Assembly: GCF_006345805.1 (NCBI RefSeq)
Contig: NW_021825770.1
Span: 1-14,401 of the forward strand
From: Octopus sinensis
Lineage: Eukaryota
Length of the DNA: 14,401 nt
Reading direction: 5' to 3'
Shown: one piece after another, positions 9,970-14,401 of the stretch
Layout: the number at the start of each line of letters is the position of its first letter
Position numbering within the stretch: position 1 is the stretch's first letter
Program-made: the position numbers and the translations under genes
Notes under the pieces: generated by a model
Database searches by the model: none
What the model saw: the letters and a program-made list of their open reading frames with translations, nothing else
Told to the model about the DNA's origin: nothing

Positions 9970-10024
<55 letters not shown>
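9958..10024. repeat. (TA)n microsatellite
   Basis: Direct reading. Confidence 0.95.
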
Positions 10025-10027
<3 letters not shown>

Positions 10028-10448
10028 ATACCCTAAGATTTATTAATTAATGATAAAAGGATTTTTTGGCTAATGTTGAAAGTTATATTTACTGCTGAAA
10101 AACCACGCGTGCGTGGTGGATTTTGAAAAGTTATAGCGCATATAAACTCGAGGCAAGGTCCTTATCGCCTCGTGCCTATATGTTAGCCTTGTCTTCCTGC
10201 TGAAGATGGCAACGCCATTTGTAAAGTAAATTAATTTTATTTTATTTACAATGATTACCGAAACTATGCATAGTCCAGGAAAGATAGGGTCACTTTTTTA
10301 TTTCTCTTTCCCATTCAGAATTACAACTAATAGTGGTTTGGAGTTTAACTGCTCTTTCTAGTGAGTCAGATGTCCTATTATGGTCATCTCTTATGTGTTT
10401 AAATGTATATATATATATAATTTAAGAAACACGATATATGTTTTTATG

Positions 10449-10620
10449 TGTTACTATTAGTTTCATGCGATGAAAACATACCAGAGAGTATTTATTGACA
10501 TGTCTGGTGTCTCAGCGCAATCGTCAGCCACTGCCCACGCAGCATTATCTACTTATGCCATGTGGGCAGTGCCTGAGATTGTGTCTGGCAACTTTTCATC
10601 GCATGAAACTAATAGTAACA
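10449..10620. mobile_element. MITE-like palindromic element with perfect 28-bp terminal inverted repeats
   Basis: 10449-10476 TGTTACTATTAGTTTCATGCGATGAAAA is the exact reverse complement of 10593-10620. An inner perfect 10-bp IR CACTGCCCAC/GTGGGCAGTG lies at 10529-10538 and 10562-10571. Confidence 0.85.
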
Positions 10621-10705
10621 TCTAAAAATATTTACTGTATTTATCAAATACTATTTATTTCTCTCCATATAGAGTACATTTTTGCCGATCTTACGGAACA
10701 GTACA

Positions 10706-10706
<1 letters not shown>

Positions 10707-10744
<38 letters not shown>
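10707..10744. repeat. (TA)n microsatellite
   Basis: Direct reading. Confidence 0.9.
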
Positions 10745-10745
<1 letters not shown>

Positions 10746-11405
10746 TAAGGTCAGTCAGCGCCAGCAAAGCTAGAAATAAGGAGTCACAACCCGTAGCCAC
10801 AGATAAGCACTTGTTTAATGACTGACAAGTGAGACAAGCTCCCTACAGCAAGCAAAAAAGACAAAGCCAGATTATCGATGATTTCGGATTTGATTAATCC
10901 TCATCAGTGATTCTCAGCCGGTTGCCAGGGTTGAAGTTAACTCACCTTGTCAGTTTATAGAGAACACCGTAGCGATCAGAAGCTGATACCATAAATGGTA
11001 AAAGTGGAAATTATCAATTATTAAGGAGGCTTATTCGCAATTTACAACCAAAAGGCATAAGTGTTAGACGTCGCTACAGTGACAAGGGTGCTATTTAGCA
11101 CCAACATTGCTAAAGATGAGAGTCAGAACAACTCTTGGCCACGGGGGAGCACTTATCTATTAACTGACAAGGGACACAAGCTCTCTACAGCAAGCGAGAC
11201 AAGGAGAGACAGTAAGCGGGAGCCTCGGCAACCGAGTGAGAGACATCGATGAGGATTAATGAAATCAGAAATCAAAGATGATCTGGCTCTCTCACTTCTA
11301 TAGGAAGCTTGTCTCTCTGGTCAGTCATTAGATAATTGCTCCCCGTGGTTTAGAGTTGTTCTGACCCTTTATTTCCAGGAATGCTGGTGCTAACTGGCAC
11401 CCTTA
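10746..11405. mobile_element. Old foldback/MITE-like element with ~180-bp diverged inverted arms and an internal arm duplicate
   Basis: 10746-10926 aligns by eye with the reverse complement of 11227-11405 (e.g. AGCCAGATTATCGATGATTTCGGATTTGATTAATCCTCATC vs AGCCAGATCATCTTTGATTTCTGATTTCATTAATCCTCATC). 11122-11200 is a further copy, inverted relative to 11288-11365. Confidence 0.7.
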
Positions 11406-11412
11406 TTCACCT

Positions 11413-11442
11413 TAGTTCCGAGCACCTTGGGCAACTTCTACT
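11413..11442 (+). mobile_element. SINE family A stub (founder of the tandem array)
   Basis: GCACCTTGGGCAA----CTTCTACT matches GCACCTTGGGCAAGTGTCTTCTACT (5250-5274) with a 4-nt deletion, and runs directly into the first array unit. Confidence 0.8.
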
Positions 11443-14401
11443 ATAGATTCGGCCCGAGCAAAATCTTGTGAGTGGATTTCGTAATAGATTCGGCCCGAAC
11501 AAAGCCTTGTGAGTGGATTTCGTAATAGATTCGGCCCGAACAAAGCCTTGTGAGTGGATTTCGTAATAGATTCGGCCCGAACAAAGCCTTGTGAGTGGAT
11601 TTCGTATAGATTCGGCCCGAACAAGCCTTGTGAGTGGATTTCGTAATAGATTCGGCCCGAACAAGCCTTGTGAGTGGATTTCGTAATAGATTCGGCCCCC
11701 GTGAGTCGGCCCGAGCAAGCCTTGTGAGTGGATTTCGTAATAGATTCGGCCCGAGCAAAGCCTTGTGAGTGGATTTCGTAATAGATTCCGGCCCGAGCAA
11801 AGCCTTGTGAGTGGATTTCGTAATAGATTCCCCCCGGCCGTAGCAAAGCCTTGTGAGTGGATTTCGTAATAGATTCGGCGTGACAAAGCCTTGTGAAGTG
11901 GATTTCGTAATAGATTTCGCCCGAGCAAAGCCTTGTGAGTGGATTTCGTATAATTCGGCCCGAGCAAAGCCTTGTGAGTGGATTTCGTAATAGATTCCGC
12001 GCCGCCGATCAAAGCTTTGTGAGTGGATTTCGTAATAGATTCGGCCCGAGCAAAGCCTGTGAGTGGATTTCGTAATAGATTCGGCCCGAGCAAAGCCTTG
12101 ATGGGGATTTCGTAATAGATTCGGCCCGAGCAAAGCTTTGTGAGTGGATTTCGTAAGATTCGGCCCGAGCAAAGCCTTTGTGAGTGGATTTCGTAATAGA
12201 TCCGGCCCGAGCAAAGCCTTGTGAGTGGATTTCGTAATAGATTCGGCCCGAGCAAAGCCTTGTGAGTGATTTCGTAATAGATTCGGCCCGAAAAGCCTTG
12301 TGAGTGGATTTCGGTAATAGATTCGACCCGAGCAAAGCCTTGTGAGTGGATTCGTAATAGATTCGGCCCGAGCAAAGCCTTGTGAGTGGATTTCGTAATA
12401 GATTCGGCCCGAGCAAAGCCTTGTGAGTGGATTTCGTAATAGATTCGGCCCGAGCAAAGCCTTGTGATGGATTTCGTATAGATTCGGGCCCGAGCAAAGC
12501 CTTGTGAGTGGATTTCGTAATAGATTCGGCCCGAGCAAAGCCTTGTGGTGGATTTCGTAATAGATTTCGGCCCGAGCAAAGCCTTGTGAGTGGATTTCGT
12601 TAATAGATTCGGCCCAGCAAAGCCTTGTGAGTGGATTTCGTAATAGATTCGGCCGAGCAAAGCTTTGGTGAGGGGATTTTTCGTAATAGATTCCGCCCGA
12701 GCAAAGCGTTGTGAGTGGATTTCGTAATAGATTTCGGCCCGAGCAAAGCTTGTGAGTGGATTTCGTAATAGATTCGGCCCGAGCAAAGCTTTGTGGATTG
12801 GATTATCGTAATGATTCGGCCCGAACAAAGCCTTGTGAGTGGATTTCGTATAGATTCGCCCGAGCAAGCCTTGTGAGTGGATTTCGTAATAGATTCGGCC
12901 CGAGCAAAGCCTTGTGAGTGGATTTCGTAATAGATTCGGCCCGAGCAAAGCCTTGTGAGTGGATTTCGTAATAGATTCGGCCCGAGCAAAGCCTTGTGAG
13001 TGGATTTTCGTAATAGATTCGTCGGCCCGAGCAAAGCCTTTGTGAGTGGATTTCGTAATAGATTCGGCCCGAGCAAAGCCTTGTAGTGAATTTCGTAATA
13101 GATTCGGCCCGAGCGCCTGTGAGTGGATTTCGTAATAGATTCGGCCCGAGCAAAGCCTTGTGAGTGGATTTTCGTAATAGAATTCGGCCCGAGCAAAGCC
13201 TTGTGAGTGATTTCGTAATAGATTCGGCCGAGCAAAAGCCTTGTGATGGTTTTCGTAATAGATTCGGCCCGAGCCAAAGCCTTGTGAGTGGATTTCGTAA
13301 TAGATTCGGCCCGAGCAAAGCCTGTGAGTGGATTTCGTAATAGATTCGGCCCCGAGCAAGCCTTGTGAGTGGATTTCGTATAGATTCGGCCGAGCAAGCC
13401 CTTGTGAGTGGATTTCGTAATAGATTCGGCCCGAGCAAGCCTGTGAGTGGATTTCGTAATAGATTCGGCCCCGCAAAGCCTTGTGAGTGGATTTCGTAAT
13501 AGATTCGGCCCGAGCAAAGCCTTGTGAGTGGATTCGTAATAGATTCGGCCCGAGCAAAGCCTGGTTAGTGGATTTCGTAATAGATTCGGCCCGAACAAAG
13601 CCTTGTGAGTGGATTTCGTAATAGATTCGGCCCGAGCAAAGCCTTGTGAGTGGATTTTCGTAATAGATTCGGCCCGAACAAAGCCTTTTGTGAGTGGATT
13701 TTCGTAATAGATTCGGCCCGAGCACAGCTTTGTGAGTGGATTTCGTCCGTAATAGATTCGGCCCGAGCAAGCCTTGTGGTGAGTGGATTTCGTAATAGAT
13801 TCGGCCCGAGCAAAGCCTTGTGAGTGGATTTCGTATAGATTCGGGTCGGGCGTGTCGGCCCGAGCAAAGCCTTGTGAGTGGATTTCGTAATAGATTCGGC
13901 CCGAGCAAAGCCTTGTGAGTGGATTTCGTAATAGATTCGGCCCGAGCAAAGCTTTGTGAGTGGATTTCGTAATAGATTCGGCCCGAGCAAAGCCTTGTGA
14001 GTGGATTTCGTAATAGATTCGGCCCGAGCAAAGCTTTGTGAGTGGATTTCGTAATAGATTCGGCCCGAGCAAAGCCTTGTGAGTGGATTTCGTAATAGAT
14101 TCGGCCCGAGCAAAGCCTTGTGAGTGGATTTCGTAATAGATTCGGCCCGAACAAAGCCTTGTGATGAATTCGTAATAGATTCGCCCAGCAATCTTTGTGA
14201 GTGGATTTCGTAATAGATTCGGCCCGAGCAAAGCCTGTGAGTGGATTTCGTAATAGATTCGCCCAGCAAAGCCTTGTGAATTGGATTGGGGGCCTTGGAG
14301 TGGATTTCGTAATAGATTCGGCCCGAGCAAAGCCTTGTGAGTGGATTTCGTAATAGATTCGGCCCGAGCAAAGCCTTGTGAGTGGATTTCGTAATAGATT
14401 C
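11443..14401 (+). repeat. SINE-derived 41-bp tandem repeat (minisatellite/satellite), ~72 units, open at the window end
   Basis: Consensus ATAGATTCGGCCCGAGCAAAGCCTTGTGAGTGGATTTCGTA, head-to-tail with no spacers. Matches 5275-5315 at 36/41. Confidence 0.97.

Noticed and set aside
11407-14371. Long minus-strand ORFs (915, 576, 365, 268 aa etc.)
   Set aside because: The minus strand of the 41-bp unit contains no TAA, TAG or TGA, so all frames stay open and give a 41-aa periodic peptide. This is an artefact of a non-coding repeat.
11443-14401. CRISPR array
   Set aside because: Units are head-to-tail with no unique spacers, there are no cas genes, the context is eukaryotic, and the unit derives from a SINE.

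Overview
AT-rich, repeat-dominated eukaryotic non-coding DNA. The SINE families look like those of Octopus (recognised from memory; no database was searched). No intact protein-coding gene is supported, and all long ORFs are artefacts of microsatellites or of a 41-bp tandem array. Contents: (1) several tRNA-headed SINE families (A, B, C); (2) a ~560-bp head-to-head foldback at 4000-4561 made of two inverted copies of a tRNA-headed, (AAT)n-linked element, each arm carrying a minimal type I hammerhead-ribozyme motif of the Penelope-associated kind, with the same inverted head junction present again at 2042-2090; (3) decayed CR1/L2-group LINE reverse-transcriptase relics on the minus strand at about 5945-7150, interrupted by a MITE; (4) two more inverted-repeat elements at 10449-10620 and 10746-11405; (5) a ~3-kb array of a 41-bp unit (11443 to window end) derived from an internal segment of SINE family A, with the founder SINE stub still at its left edge; (6) many (TA)n, (ATT)n, (TG)n and (GA)n microsatellites.
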